From Promethearchaeota archaeon (GTDB taxonomy: Archaea; Asgardarchaeota; Lokiarchaeia; Sigyniarchaeales; SOKP01), in the NCBI GenBank assembly GCA_048938855.1, contig JBHLLT010000001.1:64001-128000 (forward strand): a DNA stretch of 64,000 nt, given 5' to 3'. Positions within the stretch are counted from its first letter, which is position 1. Every line of letters starts with the position of its first letter. The position numbers and the translations under genes are program-made. The notes under the pieces were generated by a model. That model saw only the letters and a list, made by a program, of their open reading frames with translations. It was not told the origin of the DNA and ran no database searches. Positions 9,619 to 20,226 of the stretch are shown here, one piece after another.

Positions 9619-12474
9619 ATGATGGATTTAGATAATCTCCAAGCACACTCAACGGATTACAAAGAAGTAGCTAAAAAGTTAAATACATTAGTGGAGACTG
9701 GTATAACTGAAAACGAGGCTCAGATCCGACTTGAAAAATATGGTAGAAATGAATTAATTAAGGAAAAGGGTAAAACAGCGTGGGAAATTTTCATAGGACA
9801 ATTTAAAGATTTCTTGATTTATCTTTTATTTTTTGCAATAGCTGTCTCAATAGGTATTGGAGTATTTGAAAATATTGTAAATGGAGTTCCTTGGCCTTCA
9901 GAATATACTGATGCCATAGTAATTGCTGCAATTTTAATAGTTAATGCAGTTTTAGGATTTTATCAAGAGTACCAAGCAGAAAAATCACTCGAAAGTCTTA
10001 AAAAACTTGCGCCACATTTTGCTAAAGTTCGAAGGGATGGAAAGGTTATTGAAATTGGTGTAGAGGAGGTTGTTCCTGGGGATATTGCCCTTTTTGAAGA
10101 GGGAGATAAATTCCCTGCTGATATTAGAATTTATAAAGAATTTTCATTATATGTTGATGAGGCGATTTTGACAGGAGAATCAAAACCAGTCAAAAAACAG
10201 TTAAATCCTGTTGAACAAAAAATGATTTTAGCCGATAGGACTAATCTCGGTTATATGAACACAATTATCACCAGAGGTAATGGAGAAGGAATTGTTATCG
10301 GTACAGGAATGCGAACTGAAATTGGGAAAATAGCAGAAAGTTTACAAGAAGAAGAAATTGAGCTTAGTCCATTTCAAATAGAAGTAAATAGATTTGGAAA
10401 ACTTCTGGGGATAATAATAATAGTTATTTGCTTAGCGGTTTTTGCTATAGAATCAATAATTTTATTTACAACAACATTCAATTTTAATGATCTTATTGAA
10501 GCATTTGAAATATCAATAAGTTTAGCGGTTTCTGCCGTTCCCGAAGGATTAATAGTTGTTATTACAGTAGTAATGTCTTTGGGAATGCGTAAAATGGCTG
10601 ATCGTAATGCTCTTGTTCGTAAACTTACTGCAGTCGAAACGTTAGGAAGAGTTAATGTAATTTGCTCAGATAAGACAGGTACATTAACAAAAAACGAAAT
10701 GACTGTTGTAAAAGTCTTTCTGGGAGGGAAGGAGTATACTGTAGAAGGTGTTGGTTATGCACTTGAAGGTAAGATAGTTGATGAGAAAGGAAAGCAAGTT
10801 ATTGCTACATATGATAATGGTCTTAAACGATTTCTTGATGTATGTATGTATTGCAATAACTCTAATGTATCTCCTAAAAATAATGGAACAAATGATACAG
10901 ATGTAGTCGGAGATCCAACAGAAATTTCACTTAAAGTATTGGCAATGAAAATGGAATTAGACACTGAATCAGAGAAAATATACGAAATCCCTTTTAGTTC
11001 AGATAGGAAGATGATGTCTGTTGTATCTAAAATTGGTAATCAGAACTATGCTTTAATTAAAGGAGCTCCAGATATTCTGATGAATAAAGCGAGTAAAGCT
11101 ATTTTTGATGGACAAGAGAAGCCAATAAATGAAGTAAAAGAAATTATATTGGAAAAAAATGAGGATTTTGCCAAAAACGCTTTAAGAGTCCTTGGAATTG
11201 CTTATAAACCTTTAAATGGCAATTTTACAGAAGAAGAAATAGAACAAAATTACATTTATCTTGGATTAGTTGGTATTATTGATCCCGCTCGAGACGAAGT
11301 TAAGGATGCAATTGAAGAAGCTAGGATGGCAGGAATCAGAACAATTATGATAACAGGAGATCATAAGATAACCGCCATTGCCATTGCTCATGAAATTGGA
11401 TTGACTGAATCAAGTGAAGCTATTACAGGGATAGAATTAGAGGAAATTAGTGATGATGAACTTCGAGAGAAAGTTAAAACTGTTAATATATTTGCTCGTG
11501 TAACCTCAAAACATAAATTACGAATTTTAAGAAGGTTAAAAGAATTAGATTTAGTAGTTTCTATGACTGGTGATGGTGTAAATGACGCTCCAGCTGTAAA
11601 AGGAGCGCACGTAGGTGTAGCGATGGGCTTGAAAGGAACGGAAGTAACACAAGAAGCGTCAGAAATGATATTAATAGATGATAATTATGCAACAATTGTA
11701 AATGCTATAGAAGAAGGACGTGGAATATTCGAAACAACTAAAGGATTTTTCCGTTACATGTTAAGTACAAATTTTGATGAGATATTTCTAATTCTTATTG
11801 CTTATATTTTAATGAGAATACCACTTACGATGGCTACATTTTATGCTATTCCTGTTGCGCCAATCCAGATTTTATGGCTCAATATCGCCACTGATGGGAT
11901 TCCCGCCATGGTGCTGGGTTTAACACCAACAGATCCAGATGTGATGAAAGAAAAACCTAGAAAAGGATTTACTTTATTACCTGAAATTAAAGGCCCAGTT
12001 CTACTGCTTGGAATTTATACTTCAATTACAGATGTATCTCTTTATATTATATTATGGAGTGTACTAATTCCAATTTGGAGAACAACTGGATTGGACCAAG
12101 GATTAGTTTTAGGGGCAACAATATTTGGTGTAACATATACAGCAGAGGAGTATGCAATTGCATTAGCACAAACTATAATATTTTCAAATCTAGTTATTTG
12201 CGAATTAATGTTTGTTTACACATGTACATCCAATATCAAACCATTTTATTTGTTTCCAAATAAACATTTATTTTGGGCAACTGGACTTTCTCTAGCTTTA
12301 CAATTACTTATACTTTGGAGCCCGTTGGGAATAGCATTTCATGTTATACCTATATATCACCCATATTATTGGATAGCCGTTCTCCTTGGTGCTTTCAGTG
12401 TTTCGGTTATGGATGAGGTAAGAAAATGGAGACTTCGCAGAAAAAGAGGGATGACAATATTTAGTAAATCTTAA
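9619..12474 (+). CDS. P-type ATPase, P2A (SERCA-like) Ca2+ pump
   Basis: TGES, VPEGL, DKTGT, KGAP, TGD, GDGVND; M5 STNFDE, M6 WLNIATDG, M8 VICEL. Confidence 0.93.
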   Translation: MMDLDNLQAHSTDYKEVAKKLNTLVETGITENEAQIRLEKYGRNELIKEKGKTAWEIFIGQFKDFLIYLLFFAIAVSIGIGVFENIVNGVPWPSEYTDAIVIAAILIVNAVLGFYQEYQAEKSLESLKKLAPHFAKVRRDGKVIEIGVEEVVPGDIALFEEGDKFPADIRIYKEFSLYVDEAILTGESKPVKKQLNPVEQKMILADRTNLGYMNTIITRGNGEGIVIGTGMRTEIGKIAESLQEEEIELSPFQIEVNRFGKLLGIIIIVICLAVFAIESIILFTTTFNFNDLIEAFEISISLAVSAVPEGLIVVITVVMSLGMRKMADRNALVRKLTAVETLGRVNVICSDKTGTLTKNEMTVVKVFLGGKEYTVEGVGYALEGKIVDEKGKQVIATYDNGLKRFLDVCMYCNNSNVSPKNNGTNDTDVVGDPTEISLKVLAMKMELDTESEKIYEIPFSSDRKMMSVVSKIGNQNYALIKGAPDILMNKASKAIFDGQEKPINEVKEIILEKNEDFAKNALRVLGIAYKPLNGNFTEEEIEQNYIYLGLVGIIDPARDEVKDAIEEARMAGIRTIMITGDHKITAIAIAHEIGLTESSEAITGIELEEISDDELREKVKTVNIFARVTSKHKLRILRRLKELDLVVSMTGDGVNDAPAVKGAHVGVAMGLKGTEVTQEASEMILIDDNYATIVNAIEEGRGIFETTKGFFRYMLSTNFDEIFLILIAYILMRIPLTMATFYAIPVAPIQILWLNIATDGIPAMVLGLTPTDPDVMKEKPRKGFTLLPEIKGPVLLLGIYTSITDVSLYIILWSVLIPIWRTTGLDQGLVLGATIFGVTYTAEEYAIALAQTIIFSNLVICELMFVYTCTSNIKPFYLFPNKHLFWATGLSLALQLLILWSPLGIAFHVIPIYHPYYWIAVLLGAFSVSVMDEVRKWRLRRKRGMTIFSKS

Positions 12475-12640
12475 TTCTTAATCCTTTTTATTATTAAAAT
12501 CTTATATATTTTATTTTTTAGTCAACTGTAATTATATTTAAGTAATTCCTTATTTCTTTTCAATTAATTTTATATTTTTTTTACAATTTAATTTAATAAT
12601 TAGAAATGAATAATTCAAGATTCTAAAACGGGATTTTTTA

Positions 12641-13327
12641 ATGAACATAACGGAAGTTTTGAAAAATAAGATTGAAACAAATCAAACGGTTTTAACTGAA
12701 TTTGAATCTAAGGAACTTCTAAGAGAAATTGGAATTCATGTTCCCGCTCAAAAATTAACCACATCTAAAGAAGAAACAATCTCAGCTGCAGAAGATATAG
12801 GGTTTCCAGTAGTAATGAAACTTATGGCCGAAGATATTGTACATAAATCTGATACAGGAGCCGTAAAGTTAAATTTGAAATCAATTGAAGATGTAGATAG
12901 AGCATATACTGAACTAATGCAAATTCCCTCCCAGACAGAGAAAAAGATTTCTGTGCAAAAAATGGCAGATGAACCCATTACAGAACTTATTATCGGTATG
13001 ACTACAGATCCTCAATTTGGCCCAGCATTAATGTTTGGAATTGGTGGTATCCTTGTTGAACTCTTAGAGGATGTTAGCTTTAGAATTGCTCCAATAACCG
13101 AATATGATGCTAAGGAGATGATTCATGAAATTAAAGGTTTTCCAATTTTGGATGGATATCGTGGAAAGCCTAAAGCAGATATTAATGCTATTATTGAAAC
13201 CCTCTTGAAAATATCTAATCTTGTTATTGAACATGAAGAAATCAACGAAATGGACCTAAATCCTGTATTCATTTATGAAAAGGGATTGATCTGTGTTGAT
13301 GCAAGGATTATTCTTCAAAAAAAATAG
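12641..13327 (+). CDS. acdB: ADP-forming acyl/acetyl-CoA synthetase beta subunit (ATP-grasp)
   Basis: LTEFESKELL, HKSDTGAV, DPQFGPALMFGIGG, EMDLNP, VDARI. Confidence 0.88.
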   Translation: MNITEVLKNKIETNQTVLTEFESKELLREIGIHVPAQKLTTSKEETISAAEDIGFPVVMKLMAEDIVHKSDTGAVKLNLKSIEDVDRAYTELMQIPSQTEKKISVQKMADEPITELIIGMTTDPQFGPALMFGIGGILVELLEDVSFRIAPITEYDAKEMIHEIKGFPILDGYRGKPKADINAIIETLLKISNLVIEHEEINEMDLNPVFIYEKGLICVDARIILQKK

Positions 13328-13563
13328 AATCCAATCTGATTTCTTGCTAATTTTTTATATTCTATATATAGTTCAAATTTGAAATATATTATGTTAGTAC
13401 AACAAGATAAATTCCAGATTTCGAATAAATATATATTAAATTATTTCTATGGATTTCTTAATTAAATAGTATAAATTTTAAAAAAAAATATATAAGGTTG
13501 ATCATACAACCCTATAATTAATATTAACAATTTCTAATAAATATTTAAAACAAGTGTGAATAT

Positions 13564-16500
13564 TTGATTGCTATGTTTAACTCTACAACAAAAAAAAGAA
13601 TACAAGCCTTAGGCTTTCTTCTCTTAATAATAGGGTCATTTACAACTATTTTCAACTTTTCGCAGATAATTTTTCCTTCAAATAAGAACTTAACAAATGA
13701 AGAGAATAATAAAACTGATTTTTTCAATGAAAAAATTACTAAACTTGAAACCGCAGATTATTCCTCAAGTTATTCTAACATTGGTGGCAATTTAGACATT
13801 AATCTACATCAGTCTTATTTAAATAATTCATTTGATACTGCATTGAATAATTCAGATTCAAATAAAAATAAGTTTGCAATACCGTGTCCAACAGATACTA
13901 ATTTTAATTCTAGTTATACAAAGTTTGACATTGAGAATATTAATGCTCCAAATAAATCAATGATTGTTGAAGATGATTCATTAGGTGTAGGATTTGAAAG
14001 TTTTATTATTAGTAATTATTATGTTTCTTTTACTCCAAAAGGGGTTGGTTATCTTGAAAATATATCCTTATTAATCAAATTAATAAATATTTTAGATCCA
14101 GCTAATTTAACTATCAGATTATATAATTCTGAATACATTGGAGGGAATATAAGACCATTAAACAATCTAGGGACCATTGTACCATTAAGTAATGTTACTT
14201 CAGATGTATATTACTGGCACAAAATAACAAACATTCATGCATTTTTTAACTGTTCAGAAACCTATAGTAATACGTTTTTTTTAAGGGTTGGAACAATAGG
14301 AGGATCTGTATATTGGGATTGGTCTAATGATGTAGGGAATGATGGTGTCGATGAAATGATTGCTTTGGATGCAACTGAAGCTCCTCTAACATTTGGTGTT
14401 AATACAATTGATTTTCCACTTAAATTAGATTTTATCCCATTAAATAATACGCCAAAACCTTCTCAAATCGGACTAAAAATAAATGCTTCAAAAGTAACTG
14501 ATAATTTAGGTAATTCTGGATATTGGTTAAAACAAAATCAAGAATATTCAGATTCAGATGGAAATTTAGATTTTGTATTAACAGCAGATTGGTGGGATGT
14601 TACTTGTAGTGTTTCTCATGTCCAGATAAATTATACTAAGACAGATTTAATAGCTAACTCATTTTTTAATATTCTCGGAAATGGTCAATCACTCGATTGG
14701 AATTGTACGCTTGGAGTAATAGATAATTTTGATAATCGATTTAATAATTACGAAATTAACTTTACAATACCTTCAAAATGGGAGAATTTTACTGCTTTCA
14801 ATGGTGCCATAGATAAAACCTCTGACATCAATTTAGGATCGATTATTAATAACTATAGGGATCTTCAGATATTAAATGCAGATAATGGTACCAATTGGTA
14901 TATAACAGCAGAATCGGAAAATTTACTTAAAACAGTCCACACATTCGTAAACACTGCAGATTTATCAACAATGAACTATACTGATACAATTAATTTTATC
15001 GCTAATTTTTCCGAAGTTATTTCGGATGGAACAATAAATTTAAGCGTTTATAGTCCTGCTCCTGGTTTATATTTGAACCATTCTTATGTAGATAGTTCGA
15101 TAACCCCTGGTTCAGAGATCTCATTAGGATCTTGGAAGATTTCTGATGATGCTACTGAATATGGAGTATTTAAAGTTCAAGTGTGGTGGTATAATGATAC
15201 CGCAGGAGGATTTTTAGAAAAAGATATAACGATTATGGCAGTAACAGATTTAGTTTTAAAGTCTCCTCCTATTGACCAAGATTATTTTATCAATGATATT
15301 TTTAATATAACAGTTTTTTACAATAACACAGGTTTGAACTTAGGAGATCAAGGTATAAATGGAGCTACAATTAATACAAATACAACAACCCAGTGGTATG
15401 ATGTAGGTAGTGGTTACTATAATGTTGAAGTAAATTGCAGTGAGAATGATTATAGTTATGGATGGAATTATGTTGGGATTGATGCTACAAAGTCTTATTA
15501 TAATAGTGACTCAATTACTTTTTCCTTCCATTTAAGAATGAACACTACAATATCTCCATCAAATACAAAAGACTATGGAAATGTTATACGGGGAACTATA
15601 ATACAATATGAATTTAATTATTCAGATATATCGGGGACTCCTATAACAAGTGCAATTCAGGACATTATTCAATTAGATGCTGGTTTTGGAGCTCCTGGAC
15701 TAAGTGAGGTTGTAAATGGTAATTATACAATTCAATTAGATACAAGTAATGTTCAAGCCTCTGCTGTACCATATGAATGTATATTTAATATTACTAAAAC
15801 AGGGATGGAAACACAGAATATTACTATTTTTTTAACTGTCATACTTTCCCAAACTGACCTCATCATTATAGATTCGGATTCCTATCTTATCAAAAAAGAT
15901 GGCTTAAACCAAACTATCCTTTTTTATTTCAATGACACAGATAACAATGTTCCCATTACAGGACTTACTGTAGATGATGTTTCTGTTTCTCATAATCAAA
16001 CAGGACAACCTTTGAGTACATGGTTAACTCCTAATGGAACTAATGGATATTATATATTGAATATATCAGTCACAGCTTTGAATTCAGGTTGGATTGAACT
16101 CCAAATTAATGCAACTTTTGAACCAAATTATGCTACAAGTTTAGAAACTGTAGTTTTCTATTATCAAGGGAATTTGACTCAGACGCATCTCATTTCTGTG
16201 ACAGACCCGGGAGGAGAAGGAACTTTAACTGGTACAAGCAACACTTATACTTGTTTTGTAGGGAGAAATCTATACATTGACTTAAACATTACGGATAATG
16301 ATAATAGTGATTCTTTAGTTAGTGGACTAGCTAACTCTTATCTAGTTGAATATGTTGAAGTAGGAAATCCTACAAATCAAGGCTCTATTAGCAATTCTTT
16401 AAATAACGATACAAATTCATATCTGGGTTTGATATATACTTCCGCTCTTACGACAATAGGGACTTATGAGATTACGGTAAAAGTATCAAAAACAGATTTT

Positions 16501-18243
16501 GAGACATCAATACTAAGATTTAATGTAACATTGAGAGCATTATACATAATCAATATATCAATAGTGGATAAACCAACTCAGATTACGGCAGGAGACTCAT
16601 TTCATATAATAGTTCAAGTAGAATATTACAATACAACTAATTGGTTAGTATTAGCCGGTTCGGATATAAGATTAATTCCTATTTTCGATGGAACCCCTGG
16701 TACACCAACATCTTGGACTCCTACTAATGCCACAGGTGAAATTGATTTTGAAATTTTAACCAGTAATACTATTACAAATATAACATTGACAATTGAAGTA
16801 CAAAGTGAATATTTCCATGTAGGGGACACTAAATATGTATATGATATTGTAGTTAAGCCTGTTGATACCATTACTCTTGAAGATTTGATTCCTTATCTTA
16901 TTATGATCGGAGTTGCTGCTGTTGCTATAGCTATTTCTGTTGGAGTTTATAAAGGTGTTGTAGTACCTAAGAAACAAGAAAAAATACGTGTTCTTACTGA
17001 AGTAAAGACAATTTTTGATGATGCTATTAATTTGGAACATATACTTGTTCTTTATAAAGCAACGGGAACTTGTATTTATTTCAAATCTTTTGGTTCTGAA
17101 CAAATTGATCCTGAATTAATTTCAGGTTTTATTTCAGCTATTAGTAGTTTCGGTAAAGATTTAGTGAGTCAAGAAGAATTAAATGAAATATCATATGGAG
17201 ATAAAATGTTACTTTTATCAGATGGAAAACATATAAGAGTTGCGTTAGTGTTAGGTAAAAAAGCTTCATTGATACTGCGTAGAAATTTAATGGAATTTAT
17301 ACACAGATTTGAGAAGGATTATAGTGATAACCTTCCCAATTGGAGAGGTCAGCTAAATATATTTAGAGAAGCGGGAATTATTGTAGATGATGTACTAAGT
17401 ACATCAATAATTTTACCTCATGAGATCACATTTGAGTATTCACCTGCTAAAGCTTTAAAGAAACCACAATCACAGGGTGTGCTAAAGATCGCCAAAAATT
17501 TAATGAAAGATTCAGAAAGGAATTTCTTCTTTATTGCCACATTATTAAAACAAGCTACTGATAAGACTGGTAAAGATACAGCAGAAATATTCATGGGGAT
17601 CAAAGAACTAAGAGATAGGAGAATATTAATGCCTATTGAGATATCAGCCATTGAAGCTAAGCCTATTTCCCAACAAGAATTGAACTTAATTAATCAAAAG
17701 GTTTCTCAGTTAGTGAAATTAACTCCTGAAGAAAAGCAAAAATTAGTTAATGATCTAGCTCAAATGGGACCAGCTGAGAGAGAAGCATATTTTGTAAGCC
17801 TAACTGAACGTCATGAAATTATCTCTGCACCTATTGAGGCAAAACCGGGAACTGCGGTAGTTGAAAATATAAAGGGAGCCAAAAAGGAGATCAAGAATTT
17901 AAAAAAGAACGGTTTGATAGCAAGAAAAGAGAAAGATTATGATACTTCTATTAAAATCTTCCAAAATGCTTTAAAAATTGCTTCGAATTGGGAATTATTA
18001 AAAGAATCTCAAGAATTTGATGATTTAATACGGCTGACAAAAATCGAGGATCTAAAAACTAAGATGAAAACACTAGAGCAAGAGGCTAGACTAGCAGCTA
18101 AAGAAGAAAATTTTAATGAAGCAGCTCAAAAATATAAAATGTCTTCAAAGATCGCTTCTGAAATCTTCAAACTAGGTGAAGATTTAACAAAGGAAGTAAA
18201 ACGTTTATCAAACAAAGCCAAAGAATATGAAAAACTAGTGTGA
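13564..18243 (+). CDS. Large single-pass surface protein: glycosylated beta-sandwich ectodomain, TM, cytoplasmic longin-like domain and C-terminal MIT/TPR-like helices
   Basis: N-terminal signal/anchor; ~1100 aa rich in N/T/S with many sequons; TM LIPYLIMIGVAAVAIAISVGVY; then IDPELISGFISAISSFGKDL...HIRVALVL...LMEFIHRFEKDY. Confidence 0.75.
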   Translation: MIAMFNSTTKKRIQALGFLLLIIGSFTTIFNFSQIIFPSNKNLTNEENNKTDFFNEKITKLETADYSSSYSNIGGNLDINLHQSYLNNSFDTALNNSDSNKNKFAIPCPTDTNFNSSYTKFDIENINAPNKSMIVEDDSLGVGFESFIISNYYVSFTPKGVGYLENISLLIKLINILDPANLTIRLYNSEYIGGNIRPLNNLGTIVPLSNVTSDVYYWHKITNIHAFFNCSETYSNTFFLRVGTIGGSVYWDWSNDVGNDGVDEMIALDATEAPLTFGVNTIDFPLKLDFIPLNNTPKPSQIGLKINASKVTDNLGNSGYWLKQNQEYSDSDGNLDFVLTADWWDVTCSVSHVQINYTKTDLIANSFFNILGNGQSLDWNCTLGVIDNFDNRFNNYEINFTIPSKWENFTAFNGAIDKTSDINLGSIINNYRDLQILNADNGTNWYITAESENLLKTVHTFVNTADLSTMNYTDTINFIANFSEVISDGTINLSVYSPAPGLYLNHSYVDSSITPGSEISLGSWKISDDATEYGVFKVQVWWYNDTAGGFLEKDITIMAVTDLVLKSPPIDQDYFINDIFNITVFYNNTGLNLGDQGINGATINTNTTTQWYDVGSGYYNVEVNCSENDYSYGWNYVGIDATKSYYNSDSITFSFHLRMNTTISPSNTKDYGNVIRGTIIQYEFNYSDISGTPITSAIQDIIQLDAGFGAPGLSEVVNGNYTIQLDTSNVQASAVPYECIFNITKTGMETQNITIFLTVILSQTDLIIIDSDSYLIKKDGLNQTILFYFNDTDNNVPITGLTVDDVSVSHNQTGQPLSTWLTPNGTNGYYILNISVTALNSGWIELQINATFEPNYATSLETVVFYYQGNLTQTHLISVTDPGGEGTLTGTSNTYTCFVGRNLYIDLNITDNDNSDSLVSGLANSYLVEYVEVGNPTNQGSISNSLNNDTNSYLGLIYTSALTTIGTYEITVKVSKTDFETSILRFNVTLRALYIINISIVDKPTQITAGDSFHIIVQVEYYNTTNWLVLAGSDIRLIPIFDGTPGTPTSWTPTNATGEIDFEILTSNTITNITLTIEVQSEYFHVGDTKYVYDIVVKPVDTITLEDLIPYLIMIGVAAVAIAISVGVYKGVVVPKKQEKIRVLTEVKTIFDDAINLEHILVLYKATGTCIYFKSFGSEQIDPELISGFISAISSFGKDLVSQEELNEISYGDKMLLLSDGKHIRVALVLGKKASLILRRNLMEFIHRFEKDYSDNLPNWRGQLNIFREAGIIVDDVLSTSIILPHEITFEYSPAKALKKPQSQGVLKIAKNLMKDSERNFFFIATLLKQATDKTGKDTAEIFMGIKELRDRRILMPIEISAIEAKPISQQELNLINQKVSQLVKLTPEEKQKLVNDLAQMGPAEREAYFVSLTERHEIISAPIEAKPGTAVVENIKGAKKEIKNLKKNGLIARKEKDYDTSIKIFQNALKIASNWELLKESQEFDDLIRLTKIEDLKTKMKTLEQEARLAAKEENFNEAAQKYKMSSKIASEIFKLGEDLTKEVKRLSNKAKEYEKLV

Positions 18244-18245
18244 AA

Positions 18246-18285
18246 TTTTTTTATTTTTTTTATTCTATTTTTCTCTATTTTATTA
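18246..18285 (+). terminator. Oligo-T archaeal terminator after the large receptor gene
   Basis: ttttttttatttttttattctatttttt immediately follows the stop codon. Confidence 0.45.
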
Positions 18286-18433
18286 TAATAGACTTTTTTT
18301 AAATGAGTTTGAATGAAAGTGGGCTAGATATTTAAAGATATAACTATCTTTTTATCTATAAGAAGCAAATTTGAGGGAAAAACATTGAATGTAAACCAAC
18401 AATGAAGAACCATGCCAATGAGTTGATCTTATA

Positions 18434-18682
18434 ATGTCTAATTTTGAATCTGATAAAATATTTACAATTCCCTTAGAAAAAATTGAAAAAATTGTCTTGA
18501 AAAATTTATATGATGAAAAATCAGTAAAATCTTTGAAATTGTTAACAGATAAAATATTAGAAAAAGCAATCAAAGAAAGAATTACAATTTCTGAAAAACC
18601 TATAAACCAGATAATTTATCAAATGAATAAAGCAGAGAAAATAATTTTTACACAAAAAAATGGTTGGAGAATAAGAATCTAG
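18434..18682 (+). CDS. Small hypothetical protein, possibly winged-helix
   Basis: 82-aa basic helical ORF ending in a beta-hairpin-like IIFTQKNGWRI. Confidence 0.5.
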   Translation: MSNFESDKIFTIPLEKIEKIVLKNLYDEKSVKSLKLLTDKILEKAIKERITISEKPINQIIYQMNKAEKIIFTQKNGWRIRI

Positions 18683-18699
18683 GTCGAAAAAGTTTATTA

Positions 18700-19965
18700 T
18701 CAATCAGAAATACCATTTTCAGTTATAGAAAAAATAGCTTCTCCTTCTGGTAAATGTGGTGCATCAACAATTTTAGCAATTCTCTGCTCTCCTTTACCTT
18801 TTCTTAAAAATATCCTAATAGTGGACCCATGTGCTACAACATTTCCACCCGCTGCCTGTAATGGATTCCCATAGAAAACATCTGGTTTTGCTTGAACTTG
18901 GTTTGTCACGACTATTGCTAAATCAGTATAAATATCACATAATCTTAATAAATCATGTAGATGAGAATTAATAAGTTGTTGACGATTTGCTAATGTACCA
19001 CGCCCTATATATTCACTGCGAAAATGCCCTATTAACGAATCCACTACAATTAATTTAATATTTTGTTCTTTAATTAAATTTGCGGCTTCTTTGATTAATA
19101 TAACTTGATGATCAGAATTATACGCTCGTCCAAAAATGATATTTTTTAATATTTTGTTATGATCTAAATCTAACCCTTCCGCCATTTGAATTATTCTTTC
19201 AGGCCTGAATGTACCTTCAGTGTCAATATATAATGCTTTACCTTCAATTCCTCCTTTTTCTAGGGGCAATTGTACATTTACACATAATTGATGCATAATT
19301 TGAGTTTTTCCTGTCCTAAACTCGCCAAAAAACTCAATTAAGCTACCAGTTTCAACTCCACCTCCTAATAAATCATCTAATTCTTGACTTCCAGTAGTAA
19401 TTCGAGCAATATTTTTCCTATGCTCCCATACATCTTCAGCGCTTTTAAATCCAATATTTAACTTTTCCATACATGCCTTTATTAATTTAGCAGTTGTTTT
19501 GTCTCCTAAACCGCTTTCATCTTGGATAATACTAGGCGGTGTAAATGCGATAGATTCTAAACTAGAGAAACCTGCTTTTATTAATTTATTTAGCGTAGCT
19601 TCTCCTACACCAGGAAGTTTTTTTACTTCGTTAATTGATTCTTGGAGACTACCTTTGTTATTTGGAAGAGTTTCATTTTCAATATCTTTGTTATCATCGA
19701 TTTCATTTTCAATTTCAATATCATTTTCATCAATCTTAAATTCTTCAAAAGATTCAGTTAATTCAACATCGTCGTCAAATTCATCATCGTTTGACTCGAT
19801 GTCTTCATCTGGTATATCTTGTTTATTTGGGGTTTCAGATTGAGCAAAACTAATATGCTCTCTATAAATCTTCCCCTTTGTATGATTTCGTTTACATTCA
19901 ATGCAATAATAAGGTTTTCCCATTTCAAAACCATCAATACTTTCAATTTCTGTTGCTTTAGCCAT
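18700..19965 (-). CDS. radA: RadA/Rad51 recombinase with N-terminal Zn-finger and acidic extension
   Basis: HhH LPGVG, FKSA (FxxA), GEFRTGKTQ, YIDTEGTFRPERI, LIVVDS, TNQV. Confidence 0.95.
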   Translation of the reverse strand: MAKATEIESIDGFEMGKPYYCIECKRNHTKGKIYREHISFAQSETPNKQDIPDEDIESNDDEFDDDVELTESFEEFKIDENDIEIENEIDDNKDIENETLPNNKGSLQESINEVKKLPGVGEATLNKLIKAGFSSLESIAFTPPSIIQDESGLGDKTTAKLIKACMEKLNIGFKSAEDVWEHRKNIARITTGSQELDDLLGGGVETGSLIEFFGEFRTGKTQIMHQLCVNVQLPLEKGGIEGKALYIDTEGTFRPERIIQMAEGLDLDHNKILKNIIFGRAYNSDHQVILIKEAANLIKEQNIKLIVVDSLIGHFRSEYIGRGTLANRQQLINSHLHDLLRLCDIYTDLAIVVTNQVQAKPDVFYGNPLQAAGGNVVAHGSTIRIFLRKGKGEQRIAKIVDAPHLPEGEAIFSITENGISD

Positions 19966-20226
19966 AAAAGATCATTAAAATAAGTGTAATTTTTATAGAT
20001 ACTGTTTATTATGCATAGTTAGATAGGTCTTTATTTTAAGTAAAATAGAGTTCTAATTTTCAAATTTGTTTTTATTGGGAAAAGAACCTAAACCGACAAA
20101 AATACTAACAATTACCATTTAGTTATGAATTATTACACCTAATTGTTAATTGATAAAATAATATAAACATAAATAGATTATATAAAGTTATTATTAAAAC
20201 TACTAAGCTATATTAGATGAAATCTT

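Noticed and set aside
18400-18455. Possible C/D box sRNA (ATGAAGA...ATGA...CTGA)
   Set aside because: The C' box is poor, guide spacing is wrong, it overlaps the next ORF, and I recognise no target.
18700-19965. Intein in RadA as the cause of its extra length
   Set aside because: The ATPase core is contiguous. The extra sequence is N-terminal and lacks intein motifs.
20053-20118. 21-codon uORF upstream of radA (MVIVSIFVGLGSFPNKNKFEN)
   Set aside because: No compositional or structural signal; expected by chance.
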